Below, piece by piece: positions 9,367 through 17,616 of a stretch of DNA of 63,561 bases; positions within the stretch are counted from its first letter, which is position 1, and each line of letters starts with the position of its first letter. Below the pieces are notes generated by a model that saw nothing but the letters and a program-made list of their open reading frames with translations, made no database searches and was not told the DNA's origin. The translations under genes were made by a program, and so were the position numbers. Source of the DNA: a virus (Duplodnaviria; Caudoviricetes). The stretch covers positions 1 through 63,561 of IMG/VR virus record IMGVR_UViG_3300044801_000216; one strand, 5' to 3'.

Positions 9367-10650
9367 TCACGGTTTGATACTCTCCATTGCCGCTACGGCC
9401 GCTGCGGCGATCTCCTTGGCGTTCCACACCAAAGGCCGGCGCTGGCGGTAGTAGGTCAACTGCGGGCCGTACCAGGGGCCCGATGTGCGATCCGGCATAC
9501 CCCAGCGCCATTCGGAAGCGACGGGCAGCAGGACCAGCGTAGGAATTCCCAACAGGCCGGCCAGGTGAGCTACCGCCGTGTCCACGGTCAAAACGAAGTC
9601 CATCGAGCACATGTATTCGGCAGTGGCGCGCCATGAGGTCTGGCGTTCGGGTTCGAGTTTCATGAAATCGGTCTGCGCGGTCTGCGCGGTCTGCGCGGTC
9701 TGCGCGGTCTGCGCGGTCTGCGCGGTCTGCGCGGTCTGCGCGGTCTGCGCGGACGTGTCCTTACCGTACAGGCAGGCGTTGTCGATAGAGAGAGACAGGA
9801 CTTCAACCCCACCGGAGAATCTCCCGTCTTGGACCAGTTCGTACACGACCGCGCCGGCTCGATCGTAAGAGAGCGAGCGTTTGGGATACGGAGCGAAAGC
9901 TTCCTCGGCGCGCCAGCAGAAGCCGATGCGGAAAGGTCGATCCGCACAGGGACTCGCAAGCGAGAGACCGATAGCGCACGCTGAATTACCCTCTGGCGGC
10001 ACGTCCTCCCGCGTCTTCATCCCCAGCGCGCCCGGCAGGCTCAGAATGCTCGTGGCGTACTCGTACTCTCCGAATTTGAGCTGGTCCACGCCCACCTTGT
10101 AGACTCTACCAACGCCCAACGCGGACCAGTCGCAGAAATCCGCCAACCGCGGAAACAGCGTGAGACCGATCGTGCCAGCGCGCTTCTTGGCTTCCGGCAG
10201 CCAGCGCATAAACTGCATGATGTCGCCGTAGCCGCCTTCGGCCTGGATCAGAAGGCTGCCCGCTTGCTGGCCTGTCCACAACTTGCTACCCGGCCAAGGA
10301 ACCCAACTGACACCGATCCGTCCGGCTTCCCAGTAGGGCCAGGCTTCTTCAAAAAGCCCGTGACGCATCAGTGCGCACGCCAGACCTAACGCCGCAGTCT
10401 GGTACTCGGCCACGCGATCGTCGCTCATCTTGCGCGCGCGCATCAGCTCGACGGCGCGCCGGTGATAGACCAGCGCCTCCGTGAACGCCCCCATGTCGGT
10501 CTTGATCTGGCCGAAGGTGTGCCACAGGGCGGGTTCGTTAATGCGCTCCGGAAGCAGGTCGTCCGCGACCGTCATCGCCAGACCGGGTTTGCCGATCTGG
10601 CGCAATGTGACCGCCGCTTGCAATTGCTTTAGGTAGAGTTCGTCGTTCAT
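9367..10650 (-). CDS. TPR-like domain + GT9-like glycosyltransferase
   Basis: EGGYGDIMQFMR, ILSLP and MDFVLTVDTAVAHLAGLLG..T.VLL...WRW motifs; helical N-terminus. Confidence 0.85.
   Translation of the reverse strand: MNDELYLKQLQAAVTLRQIGKPGLAMTVADDLLPERINEPALWHTFGQIKTDMGAFTEALVYHRRAVELMRARKMSDDRVAEYQTAALGLACALMRHGLFEEAWPYWEAGRIGVSWVPWPGSKLWTGQQAGSLLIQAEGGYGDIMQFMRWLPEAKKRAGTIGLTLFPRLADFCDWSALGVGRVYKVGVDQLKFGEYEYATSILSLPGALGMKTREDVPPEGNSACAIGLSLASPCADRPFRIGFCWRAEEAFAPYPKRSLSYDRAGAVVYELVQDGRFSGGVEVLSLSIDNACLYGKDTSAQTAQTAQTAQTAQTAQTAQTAQTAQTDFMKLEPERQTSWRATAEYMCSMDFVLTVDTAVAHLAGLLGIPTLVLLPVASEWRWGMPDRTSGPWYGPQLTYYRQRRPLVWNAKEIAAAAVAAMESIKP
9670..9750. repeat. 9 x 9-bp perfect tandem repeat (GGTCTGCGC), encoding (AQT)9
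   Basis: Seen directly. Confidence 0.95.
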
Positions 10651-10651
10651 C

Positions 10652-10876
10652 TCATGTGGTCTCCTTCGCGCTTACAAGCGCGCCGGCCCACTTGGACACG
10701 CGGGCCACCAGGCATTCTTGCGAGCAGATATGCACCAGCGTAGGACTTCCCGTGGTGTAAAACCTGGACAGCACCATGCAGCCGACCATGTCTGCCTGGT
10801 AACTGATGCAGAACCAGTGGTTGCTCTCCTGTTTGACCCGGCCGCATTCGTCGCACTTGTAGACTGTCTGCTGCAT
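10652..10876 (-). CDS. Small Zn-finger protein
   Basis: CDEC...HICSQEC. Confidence 0.7.
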   Translation of the reverse strand: MQQTVYKCDECGRVKQESNHWFCISYQADMVGCMVLSRFYTTGSPTLVHICSQECLVARVSKWAGALVSAKETT

Positions 10877-10879
10877 CGC

Positions 10880-11680
10880 TTACTCCCAATCTTCGATGGA
10901 GCTGTCCGGCCGCAGTTCGCACGCCAGGTATTTGAACTCGATCATGTCGCCGGACAGCAAATGCTGCCCCGCCTCGCCCATCAGCGCAGCCCGGTCCTGG
11001 CACATACGGACATCCAGCCAGAAGCCGTCCTCGACGCTGAAGTGGGTCTCGACCAGCACATTGCACTCGTAACCGAGAGCTTTGTAACCGGCGTTTTCGT
11101 CGTACCCGAGAGCTTCTTTCTTCTGGTACGACTCTTTCGATTCGGTCGTGAACACCACATGCTTGGTTTGCAGGCTCTCAAGCAGCATCCGCATCTCGGT
11201 GTTCGGCGGTTCCCAGGCCGTCTTCTCGGCGCTGAAGCGCGTAGACCGCCCATAGTGGGCGGCGACGATCAGGTTGTACAACGTGTACCCGCTGTCGATC
11301 CCGATGGTTTTCACTTCCGGCATGTCCAACAGGGACCAGTACGCCGCCTTGATACGGTCCACCAGAGCCCGGTAGAACCCGATGGACTCCTCGCGGTTCA
11401 TCATCGCCAGCTCCATCGGGTTCTTATATCTGTAGAACTGCTCCGGGTCTTTGGGCCAGTAGACCTTACGGGTGGGATAGAGATCGCGCAAGACCTGTTC
11501 GATGGTGGGTCTGACTTTGCGCTGCAACGGGACCACGCCCAAACCCGGTGCGGTCGCCATCAGGCGGGTTTTGCCCGTGCCGGAACGTCCGAAGACGCCG
11601 ACGAACAGCTTTTCGGGAGCGCCGATTTTGAGCGTCTCGAACTCGACCTTCTGCGCGGCTGGCACCACTGTGTTTTTCAT
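10880..11680 (-). CDS. Sak4-like/AAA_24 P-loop ATPase (putative recombinase)
   Basis: GRSGTGKT Walker A, IGIDS Walker B; next to an exonuclease. Confidence 0.75.
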   Translation of the reverse strand: MKNTVVPAAQKVEFETLKIGAPEKLFVGVFGRSGTGKTRLMATAPGLGVVPLQRKVRPTIEQVLRDLYPTRKVYWPKDPEQFYRYKNPMELAMMNREESIGFYRALVDRIKAAYWSLLDMPEVKTIGIDSGYTLYNLIVAAHYGRSTRFSAEKTAWEPPNTEMRMLLESLQTKHVVFTTESKESYQKKEALGYDENAGYKALGYECNVLVETHFSVEDGFWLDVRMCQDRAALMGEAGQHLLSGDMIEFKYLACELRPDSSIEDWE

Positions 11681-12294
11681 TCGCAATACCCCTCTGAGAT
11701 CGCTCCGGAGCGGTTGTTCTCGATCATCTTACGCATCTCGCCTAACTCCTTGGATGTGAATCCGACCAGGTATTTCGTGTAAACCGGATCGGGAAACTCC
11801 ATCACACTTAATACGTGCCAGCGCACGAACTCGCAGCCGTACCCGATGCAGTAGCCGGCGCCTTGGCACAGCCATGCCCACTTCTTCTTGAGCATGTCCG
11901 CGCCCGTATATTTCTTGGCCCGGTTGCACTTGAACTCTTCGATGCAGGGCTGGTTCACGTCCGACAGATAGCCGATGCCGTCGCAGGTCATGATAACCGG
12001 ATCGGTTACCTCGCCGGGTTGCCAGACCATGTCCGGATAAAGCGATGCTGCAAACTCTTCCCATGCGATGCCGAGAGCCCACCGCAGCGGCACCGCTTCT
12101 TCGTCTAACTGTTCCAGGTAAGAAGTGATCCGAGACTTTTGAGCGACGTACCGCAACAGACCGGACAGATGCAGTCCCGGTGCGCGCGGCGGTGGCACGA
12201 TGAAGTTGTCCGACGTGTCGCGCGGCAGGACGATTCTCCTGCATAGGTCCGCTCGTTCGAGACGGACATCCGTTTCTGAAATTAGTGTGGGCAT
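11677..12294 (-). CDS. PD-(D/E)xK (Cas4-like) exonuclease
   Basis: LHLSGL, G.AWEE, CDG, EEFK and Q..GY motifs. Confidence 0.7.
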   Translation of the reverse strand: MPTLISETDVRLERADLCRRIVLPRDTSDNFIVPPPRAPGLHLSGLLRYVAQKSRITSYLEQLDEEAVPLRWALGIAWEEFAASLYPDMVWQPGEVTDPVIMTCDGIGYLSDVNQPCIEEFKCNRAKKYTGADMLKKKWAWLCQGAGYCIGYGCEFVRWHVLSVMEFPDPVYTKYLVGFTSKELGEMRKMIENNRSGAISEGYCE

Positions 12295-12303
12295 CTTGGT
12301 TGT

Positions 12304-12600
12304 TTACCCCGACCCCGACCCCGACCACGACCGCGACCCCGACCCCGACCACGACCGCGACCCCGACCCCGACCACGACCGCGACCCCGACCACGACCGC
12401 GACCCCGACCCCGACCACGACCGCGACCCCGAACGCGACCGCGACCGCGAACGCGACCCCGACCACGACCACGACCGCGACCCCGACCGCGACCCCGAAC
12501 ACGACCACGACCGCGACCCCGACCGCGACCCCGACCACGACCACGACCCCGAACGCGACCCCGACCACGACCATCCCGCAAACAACCACGAAGCAGTCAT
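12304..12600 (-). CDS. Low-complexity Ser-(Trp/Gly/Arg) dipeptide repeat protein, 98 aa
   Basis: ATG directly follows the upstream stop and the TAA lies just before the next start; mostly TCG-NGG hexamers. Confidence 0.6.
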   Translation of the reverse strand: MTASWLFAGWSWSGSRSGSWSWSGSRSGSRSWSCSGSRSGSRSWSWSGSRSRSRSRSGSRSWSGSGSRSWSGSRSWSGSGSRSWSGSGSRSWSGSGSG

Positions 12601-12601
12601 C

Positions 12602-12883
12602 CTACACCACCCGACGGGGAGCACCGGAAATCTGTACAGCGTCGATGAGGGCGCTTCTGCCAACGGCTACCAGACCATCGGGGAAGGGTTCGACCTCGCT
12701 AAAATTCAAGGTCTTCAGAGCCTCGTTGAATCGACCTGTGTCGGCGATCCAGGCCGCGTCTTTGAGCACGATTTCATGCTCGTCGATCGACACTAGAATG
12801 CCTGTGTCGATCATGGTCACTGTGCGGATTAGGTAAGCCTCTCCTACCCGCCAAAACGATTTGACTTTCTCGCTCGCTGCCAT
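12602..12883 (-). CDS. Small beta-rich phage protein (possibly Sm-like fold)
   Basis: YLIRTVT..TG.L...L.DAAWIADTGRF; SD GGGGAG. Confidence 0.75.
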   Translation of the reverse strand: MAASEKVKSFWRVGEAYLIRTVTMIDTGILVSIDEHEIVLKDAAWIADTGRFNEALKTLNFSEVEPFPDGLVAVGRSALIDAVQISGAPRRVV

Positions 12884-12918
12884 TTTGTTAACTCCCCGAT
12901 TGGATTCTCTATTCCCGT

Positions 12919-12977
12919 TGGGGCCGGCGCTCGCTCATGGAGTAAACCACGGTGGCGCGCGCCACACGCCGGCCCCA
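12919..12977 (-). other. Intergenic multi-stem RNA structure
   Basis: 11-bp outer stem TGGGGCCGGCG/CGCCGGCCCCA enclosing two inner hairpins. Confidence 0.55.
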
Positions 12978-13015
12978 CGCAAGAACGACTACATCGGAAC
13001 GACTACATCGTCCGC

Positions 13016-13951
13016 TTAGTCGGCGAACTTCACCTGGCCGTTCTCCAGGATCTCGAACAGGCCCTCGGCAGCGCCGGTGGCTTCCAGCCAGTCGTCGTCG
13101 CCCAACTGATTTTGCACCGCCTTCTTCAGCTCGGCCGGCACCGCCGGCTTGTGCTTGCTGATGGCCATCAACGCTTCGATCTTCAGGCGCTTGATGTCGG
13201 CGATCACCACGCCCTTTCTGGCGGGCGCCAAGGTCTTCGAGAGGATCGCCGCGGCGATCTCTTCGGCGGATTCGCTAGCGGGTTCTACCGCAGCGGCGGC
13301 GGGAGCGGTTGCAGAAGCCGCCGCCTTGCCCTTCGGCGCCGGTTTGCCCTTTGCGGCCGGCTTAAGCTCGTAAGGGAACTCCTTGATCTCGGTCACCAAG
13401 AACACTGTGGGATCGCTGGTCTGGTCGTCGCGGAACTTCTTGCGCGTTTCCGTTTTGAAGTAGGCGTACAGGCCCACCAGGTCGTTGAACCAGGTGCGCT
13501 TCAGAATCTTGGGCTGGAAACCCTTTTCCTGAAGCGAGGCCGTGAACGTCATCCACTTGGTCTTGTCGTTGAGCTGGAACCCGTCCTGCACAGCAAACAG
13601 GGTGTCCCCCTCGGCGCCGAGTTCGCCGGTCATGTCTTCGGGATCGCTGTCGGGGTTGCCGTCCACAAACCTGCCCGGATGGCACAGGTTGAGTTCGCCA
13701 CTTTCTTTGTTGGCGCTCTGGATCGAGAGCAAGACTTCGCTCGGCTGTTCGGCGCTCTGGTTGCCCGCGTTGTCGTTGAAACGCTGGATCTCCAGGCAGG
13801 CAAACAGTCCGGGGGGGCCTTGCCGGCTGGATTCCTTGTCCGGAGGAAACTGGAATACGAGCGCTTTGGCGCTGGTGATTTTGCCCCATCCGTCCGCGAA
13901 TCCACCCTTAAAGTGGAACGCATCCTCGGGGGCGCTACTGACTCTGGGCAT
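13016..13951 (-). CDS. Hypothetical protein, 311 aa; ssDNA-binding protein candidate
   Basis: Strong SD AAAGGAG; beta-rich N-domain with an A/K/P linker; lies between helicase and recombinase. Confidence 0.6.
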   Translation of the reverse strand: MPRVSSAPEDAFHFKGGFADGWGKITSAKALVFQFPPDKESSRQGPPGLFACLEIQRFNDNAGNQSAEQPSEVLLSIQSANKESGELNLCHPGRFVDGNPDSDPEDMTGELGAEGDTLFAVQDGFQLNDKTKWMTFTASLQEKGFQPKILKRTWFNDLVGLYAYFKTETRKKFRDDQTSDPTVFLVTEIKEFPYELKPAAKGKPAPKGKAAASATAPAAAAVEPASESAEEIAAAILSKTLAPARKGVVIADIKRLKIEALMAISKHKPAVPAELKKAVQNQLGDDDWLEATGAAEGLFEILENGQVKFAD

Positions 13952-13968
13952 GATGGTACTTCTCCTTT

Positions 13969-15585
13969 TCAGTTTGGGTTGGCACTTTTGACGGTGCTGT
14001 TGGTGGTGTTGATACGCGGCGGAGGCGGGGGCGCCGCCAGCACCGTAAAGATTCGGAACCCCGGAGGGCAATACGAGCGCCCTTCCGGACCGCACAGTTG
14101 ACGCACGGCGTTATCGTACACGAAGTTCTCGCAGCGGTCGGTCTCGTACCGGCGCGCGCGGCCCACCATCTGATAGATCCGTTGGGCGGCGTGATGGAGC
14201 CGGTAACCGCCAATCTGCGCACAGCGTTCCTTGACTACCCTCTGCGTTTCGTTTGGGAACGGGAACTTGAGGAAGTGCTGGTGCTCGCATTCGACGCCGG
14301 GGAAGTCGAAACCTTGCTCGACAGATGGCGTAACGAGAATTGTCCGCGCACAGGTTCCAGGACTGGCTGCCCTGAATTCGTCCAGGCAACGCGCAAGGTC
14401 GCTTCCTTGTTCGTTAAAGATGAACCGTCGAGCGTGACGCGAATGCTGCAAGGCTCGTCTGGATCGAGCGTAACTGACTGTATGAACAATCCCTTTCCGG
14501 TCGAGACGTTGATCGATAACCTTGTCCATCGCGGCGATGACTTCTTGGTAGTCTTCATCGGTACTCCTCCACGAGAGCTTTTTGGTTGGGATGTGATAGA
14601 CCGGAGCGTTCGATGCCGGGAAGACCTGGTCCCAGGCGCGATAGTCGTACAGGGTGTCCTGCGGCATCAGCAGGCGCAAAGTGAACTGGTTCAAACTGGC
14701 GGACATCAGCAGCACGCGCGGGACACCGCTAAAGAGCGTGCGCATCCAGGGGTTCAATCGGATGGGCTCGAATGTGACGTGACCTCGATCGTCGAATTGC
14801 CACACCCAGTTGGAGTTCATGCGAATAACACGTCGCAGACGATCGCAGAGGTCCTTGTCGTCGTCGTCGTTCGATCCGGCAAGCTTGTCGGCACGGCTCT
14901 TAGACCACTCGCGCCAGATGCGAGAGGCATTCTCTTCGTCGGTCCGATATGAACCTCCGTCCGCCGGCTGCATGACACCCGCACGCGGCAGCGACGAACC
15001 TGTCTTGCCCAGTTCGCTCGCGTAAAACTTCACCGCTGCGAACCCGCCAAGCTGTCCTTCGAGCGCATGTGCTTCGTCGCAGATCAGCAGCTCGACAGGC
15101 CAACCGTCAAGCTCCAGCGCCCGGCTGTTATGCTTTCGGGCGTGCAGCCAGTACGCATAGTTGGTAACGATCAGCCGCGAGTTTTTGGCGTTGTCTACCG
15201 CGTTGGCATACTCGCACCCGCTGGTGTTGGACACACTGCACTCTTCGTCGTAGCCGCGCTCGCAATCGCCGTAGTTGGGACAGCGGTAGTTGGCGCGCCC
15301 GCGGATGTCCACCATGCCCATCGAAGCGAAGTCCCTCAGGACCTGGCTCTGAAGCTGCTTGGTGGCCACCAGATAGACCGCTTTGACGTTTGTAAGTTGC
15401 GCGAGCGCCATCGCGATCGCGGTCTTGCCGCCGCCAGTAGGCAAACAGGCGGCGCTAATGGGTTGCTCGCATGCGGCGGTGAGCCACTCAAGAGCCTCGC
15501 GCTGGTGGCGGCGGAAGGTAGTAAACTTGTCCGGCAGTCCCAGATCGGCGGGAGAGAGCGAATCGAAGATCGATTGGGCGTTCAT
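13969..15585 (-). CDS. DinG/Rad3-like SF2 helicase
   Basis: PTGGGKT, GRANY.C plus Cys cluster, NYAY, DEAH, MSAS, GFDFPG and Q.VGRARR motifs. Confidence 0.88.
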   Translation of the reverse strand: MNAQSIFDSLSPADLGLPDKFTTFRRHQREALEWLTAACEQPISAACLPTGGGKTAIAMALAQLTNVKAVYLVATKQLQSQVLRDFASMGMVDIRGRANYRCPNYGDCERGYDEECSVSNTSGCEYANAVDNAKNSRLIVTNYAYWLHARKHNSRALELDGWPVELLICDEAHALEGQLGGFAAVKFYASELGKTGSSLPRAGVMQPADGGSYRTDEENASRIWREWSKSRADKLAGSNDDDDKDLCDRLRRVIRMNSNWVWQFDDRGHVTFEPIRLNPWMRTLFSGVPRVLLMSASLNQFTLRLLMPQDTLYDYRAWDQVFPASNAPVYHIPTKKLSWRSTDEDYQEVIAAMDKVIDQRLDRKGIVHTVSYARSRRALQHSRHARRFIFNEQGSDLARCLDEFRAASPGTCARTILVTPSVEQGFDFPGVECEHQHFLKFPFPNETQRVVKERCAQIGGYRLHHAAQRIYQMVGRARRYETDRCENFVYDNAVRQLCGPEGRSYCPPGFRIFTVLAAPPPPPRINTTNSTVKSANPN

Positions 15586-15600
15586 CTCGGAGCAGCCTTT

Positions 15601-15629
15601 ATCATACGCCCCAGATCAAGAACTGTCAA
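15601..15629 (-). promoter_or_regulatory. Sigma70-type promoter for the replication operon
   Basis: TTGACA-N17-TATGAT, just upstream of the helicase ATG. Confidence 0.75.
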
Positions 15630-15631
15630 GT

Positions 15632-16270
15632 TCATTCGTCCACTTCCATAGTCTGCCACGGTTCGCTGCCGGCAATCGCCAGCAGCAGATCCCGAAAAGG
15701 CAATGGAGTCAGCTCCCGTTCCCGATGCGACAACTTCTGGCAAGTGCCGGTGCGAATCCTGCGCCTGCGCTCTTCTGCGGAATGGAAGCCATCCTCCAAT
15801 CTTACTTTGCCGGGTATCTTACCCCATCGCAGATTGGGCAACGCCGTATCGAAAGCGTACAGCCAAGTCGCCTTTTGGGCACGGTGACCATACCAGCCCT
15901 GATCGACACAACATGTCCATCCGCCAAAGAGTCCTCCGTCGGCGGGAATCCATCCTCCTTCGCGCGGCGGGGTTGTCAACCCGAACGCCTTCCACGCCCA
16001 CGACGCCGCCGGGTGTTCAAGCACGCCACCCCATTGGCGCACGGCGGACAACGCGGCAACAAAACATCCACCATCGTCGCCTTTTTGAAGACGCACCTTG
16101 GACGAAGGTCCGCCAAACCAGTAGCGGCCCCATCTGGCACATGGCGGGTGAGCCACGACCTTATGCGGTCCACGATATAGTCTTGCGTCCCGCGTTTCCG
16201 TCCAGGGATCGACGTGCCGGAGACCGATGTACGGGCCTGTAGCGTTTACGAAAAGAGCGGCGATCATCAT
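15632..16270 (-). CDS. C5-cytosine-methyltransferase-like protein lacking a canonical motif I
   Basis: VVAHPPC (motif IV-like), VLEHP (motif VI-like) and YGH...K.T; ATGA overlap with the upstream gene. Confidence 0.6.
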   Translation of the reverse strand: MMIAALFVNATGPYIGLRHVDPWTETRDARLYRGPHKVVAHPPCARWGRYWFGGPSSKVRLQKGDDGGCFVAALSAVRQWGGVLEHPAASWAWKAFGLTTPPREGGWIPADGGLFGGWTCCVDQGWYGHRAQKATWLYAFDTALPNLRWGKIPGKVRLEDGFHSAEERRRRIRTGTCQKLSHRERELTPLPFRDLLLAIAGSEPWQTMEVDE

Positions 16271-17538
16271 TCGTCCCACCCCATGCGCAACATCGTCAGC
16301 GCCTTTTCGCTGATGCTCCAGGGGCCGCTGGAATCCGGCGCGGGACAATCCAGCAGGCCGTGGACCTTCAGATCTTCGAGCGTCCGCTTGGCCGCTCCGA
16401 TGGCGATGCCGATCCGGCCGGCGATGTCGCTCGCGCCCTTGAGGCCGTTTCGGATTGCCGCGATCGCCGCGGCCCTGGTAGACGGCAGGCTGTCCATCGC
16501 ACAATGTCGCAGCACATCCAGGCTTTCGTTTGGCGTGCAGCCGATGCGCTCCATGCCACGAAGAAGCTGTGCAAAGGTGTTGGCTATGCGCGGTCCTAAT
16601 GCGGACCTGGTGATCCCGCTGATCTCGTTATGGTTCCAGCGGTCGCGCTGGACCGCCGATCTGCCTCTGGCGCAGAACTGCGACAGGATCGAGATCGTCT
16701 TGCGCTCACCGTCCGTCAGCGGCCGGGGCGGCGAAAACTCGTCCCAGTCCAGGTCCACCTCGAACGACCAGTTTAAAAAGTGCAGCGCCAGATCGTTCGC
16801 CTTGCCCGGACCGTCCGGGTTGTCGAGCGCGCTGTCGATCTCGTGATAGCCTTCGCTCTTGGGGTAGCGGTAATACAGACACCGTTCGCCCATTTCCGCG
16901 TTGGCGCGCTGGTTGTCGGGACTGTCGATCACATCCGTACAAGCCGCGACAAAGCCGATCTTGCCGGAGAACGAAAGCGTCTTGCCGCCATCGGTGCCGA
17001 CCTCGCGCTGGTAATGCTGGTCGTGCAGCATTCCGATGGCGCCCATTGAAGCTCTGCTGGCTGCCGGGTCGGCTGCTAAAACGGTACGGGCGAAGTCCAG
17101 CATGACCAGCATGCCGCGCGGGAACCCCGCCGGACTCTTGGGGATGCTGGCCAGAAGACCTCCCGTGGCGTCCGCCGTGCGCTCTTTCGCCTTGGTGCCG
17201 CTCAGCAACGCCGCTTTGCCGGATAGGTCTCCGCATTCGCGGCAGGAGTCCAAGTTCAGCAGTGGCTTCAGCAGTTCGGTCTTACCGCTCTCGGGCGGTC
17301 CTACCAGCATGATCCAGACCGGATACCCGCGCATGGTGTTGGCCACCAGCGCACCGCAGACTGCATAGAGCGGCCCAGGATCGGGAAAGTACAAACACGA
17401 TTGAATCGCGGACGCCAGCTTGTGAATTGGTGTGTTCGGGTTCGCCAGCGGCGACCGCGTGCTCGAAACCAGGAACGGTCTCGGGCGCGAAGGAGCGGAC
17501 AAGTCCGGTTTGTGATTGAGCGCGGCTTCTCGAATCAC
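16267..17538 (-). CDS. P-loop ATPase (MCM-like helicase candidate) with C-terminal HTH
   Basis: GPPESGKT Walker A, LVMLDF; ASDIA..IG....A.R.LEDL wHTH-like end. Confidence 0.7.
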   Translation of the reverse strand: MIREAALNHKPDLSAPSRPRPFLVSSTRSPLANPNTPIHKLASAIQSCLYFPDPGPLYAVCGALVANTMRGYPVWIMLVGPPESGKTELLKPLLNLDSCRECGDLSGKAALLSGTKAKERTADATGGLLASIPKSPAGFPRGMLVMLDFARTVLAADPAASRASMGAIGMLHDQHYQREVGTDGGKTLSFSGKIGFVAACTDVIDSPDNQRANAEMGERCLYYRYPKSEGYHEIDSALDNPDGPGKANDLALHFLNWSFEVDLDWDEFSPPRPLTDGERKTISILSQFCARGRSAVQRDRWNHNEISGITRSALGPRIANTFAQLLRGMERIGCTPNESLDVLRHCAMDSLPSTRAAAIAAIRNGLKGASDIAGRIGIAIGAAKRTLEDLKVHGLLDCPAPDSSGPWSISEKALTMLRMGWDE

Positions 17539-17616
17539 ACAGATACCAGTAAGTAATCGGGATTAAACGAACGGAACTAACTTAACACCAAACGTCGGGT
17601 AAGTGCAAGAGCGAAG

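Noticed and set aside
11677-12294. Cas4 as part of a CRISPR adaptation module
   Set aside because: No cas1/cas2 or array; the context is a phage recombination module
11729-12836. Alternative frames over the hexamer repeat (VGVG, DPDH, TPTT, GRGR)
   Set aside because: They are open only because the repeat lacks stops; they overlap real neighbours or lack good starts
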